Of a stretch of DNA of 64,000 bases, positions 61,012 through 64,000 are shown piece by piece. The stretch is from an uncultured delta proteobacterium (GTDB lineage: Bacteria; Desulfobacterota; Desulfobacteria; Desulfobacterales; JAFDCJ01), in NCBI GenBank assembly GCA_963769935.1, contig CAVYNY010000020.1:416001-480000 (forward strand), in the 5' to 3' direction. The notes beneath the pieces are model-generated. The model was not told the origin of the DNA and ran no database searches. It saw only the letters and a list, made by a program, of their open reading frames with translations. The translations under genes and the position numbers were made by a program. How positions within the stretch are numbered: position 1 is the stretch's first letter; the number at the start of each line of letters is the position of its first letter.

Positions 61012-61476
61012 ATGAATACTCTTGAAATTGAAACAAAAGCCGTGAACCCTCTGATTGGAGACACAATTCCGCTTCCCGCCTATGCGACTGAAGGATCGGC
61101 TGCCATTGATTTGAGAGCCTGCATAGCGGATGAGATCGAGATTCAGCCCGGAGAAACAGCATTGATCGGCAGCGGAATTGCGGTTAATATAAAAGATCCG
61201 AATATCGTCGGTATTATCGCACCGCGTTCGGGTTTGGGGATAAAGAAGGGGGTTGTGCTGGCCAATACGATCGGCGTTATCGATTCCGATTACCAGGGTG
61301 AAATTAAGATCGGACTTTTTAACCGGGGGAAAGCCACCTATATTGTAAAGCCCGGTGAACGCATATGCCAAATGCTGTTTATACCTGTAATTAAGGCTGT
61401 CCTGAATTTAGTTCAGGATTTCAGCAATGAAACAGCTCGGGGGCAAGGGGGTTTCGGCCATAGCGGGAAAATTTAA
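61012..61476 (+). CDS. dut: dUTP diphosphatase
   Basis: GSAAIDLRA, PRSGLG, GVIDSDYQGEI, GERICQ, RGQGGFGHSG. Confidence 0.95.
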   Translation: MNTLEIETKAVNPLIGDTIPLPAYATEGSAAIDLRACIADEIEIQPGETALIGSGIAVNIKDPNIVGIIAPRSGLGIKKGVVLANTIGVIDSDYQGEIKIGLFNRGKATYIVKPGERICQMLFIPVIKAVLNLVQDFSNETARGQGGFGHSGKI

Positions 61477-61512
61477 GTGGGGATCGGCAGACAGTTAGGG
61501 CCTAAAGAGAGG

Positions 61513-61542
61513 GCGGCGTTTCAGACTGTGTTGAAACGCCGC
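61513..61542. terminator. Hairpin between convergent dut and katG
   Basis: GCGGCGTTTCA-N8-TGAAACGCCGC; no clear U-tract. Confidence 0.5.
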
Positions 61543-61673
61543 GCTCATATGTTGCTGACAGCCTCCGTGAGCATTCAAACCATCCGTCCGTTCGTGGCGG
61601 TTGTCGCTTCCTGATCATCCGATTTGCAGTTCAGAATACGCTTCGGAAGCCCACGAAGATCTTTATGCTGCGA

Positions 61674-63896
<2,223 letters not shown>

Positions 63897-64000
63897 TTAT
63901 GCACCGTGGTGCTATCAACATAAGGCACCGGTGCCCATCTATCTAATTAATTTTATCGAAATAAAAAATATTATAGGAGAATGACTATCAATCAATGGCA

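Overview
The 64 kb window is bacterial chromosome. Gene content and intergenic repeat style suggest an anaerobic deltaproteobacterium (Desulfobacterales-like); this is an inference. Left to right: (1) housekeeping genes: ChaN-like (partial), class IV aminotransferase, nrdD/nrdG with tandem NrdR boxes, dgkA and an HD protein. (2) A ~20 kb acyl-CoA/lipid catabolic region with two adjacent multidomain fusions sharing a duplicated SDR-SCP2 module: MaoC-SDR-SCP2 and HMG-CoA-synthase-fold/DUF35/SDR/SCP2. These are followed by an SCP2-type thiolase, an acyl-CoA dehydrogenase, oxidoreductases and two crotonases. (3) A fuconate-dehydratase-like gene, two convergent PilZ paralogs, and MarR with a heterodimeric ABC exporter. 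(4) A decayed integron (~35.8-40.9 kb) with a truncated, frameshifted intI, five attC-like sites, and cassettes rsgA, doxX, phd-vapC, ridA-like, hicAB and a fused higB/higA remnant. (5) sdhB-like, glpA-like and pepD. (6) A signalling block: Zn-ribbon-HDOD, a stand-alone RelA/SpoT-type hydrolase, and a 1420-aa GGDEF-AAA-HEAT protein. (7) An AT-rich island (53.5-59.6 kb) encoding an anti-sigma-type kinase, a STAS protein, a PhcB-like SAM methyltransferase, a membrane PP2C phosphatase and a membrane hybrid histidine kinase. This is the best candidate for an undescribed system: a methyl-ester quorum-sensing synthase wired to a partner switch. It carries many single-base frameshifts. (8) An MBL hydrolase, dut and katG. 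Many intergenic regions contain short tandem 7-9-mer repeats with inverted counterparts and nested REP-like hairpins. No rRNA, tRNA or CRISPR array was seen. All family calls are from motif recognition by eye; no database search was run.
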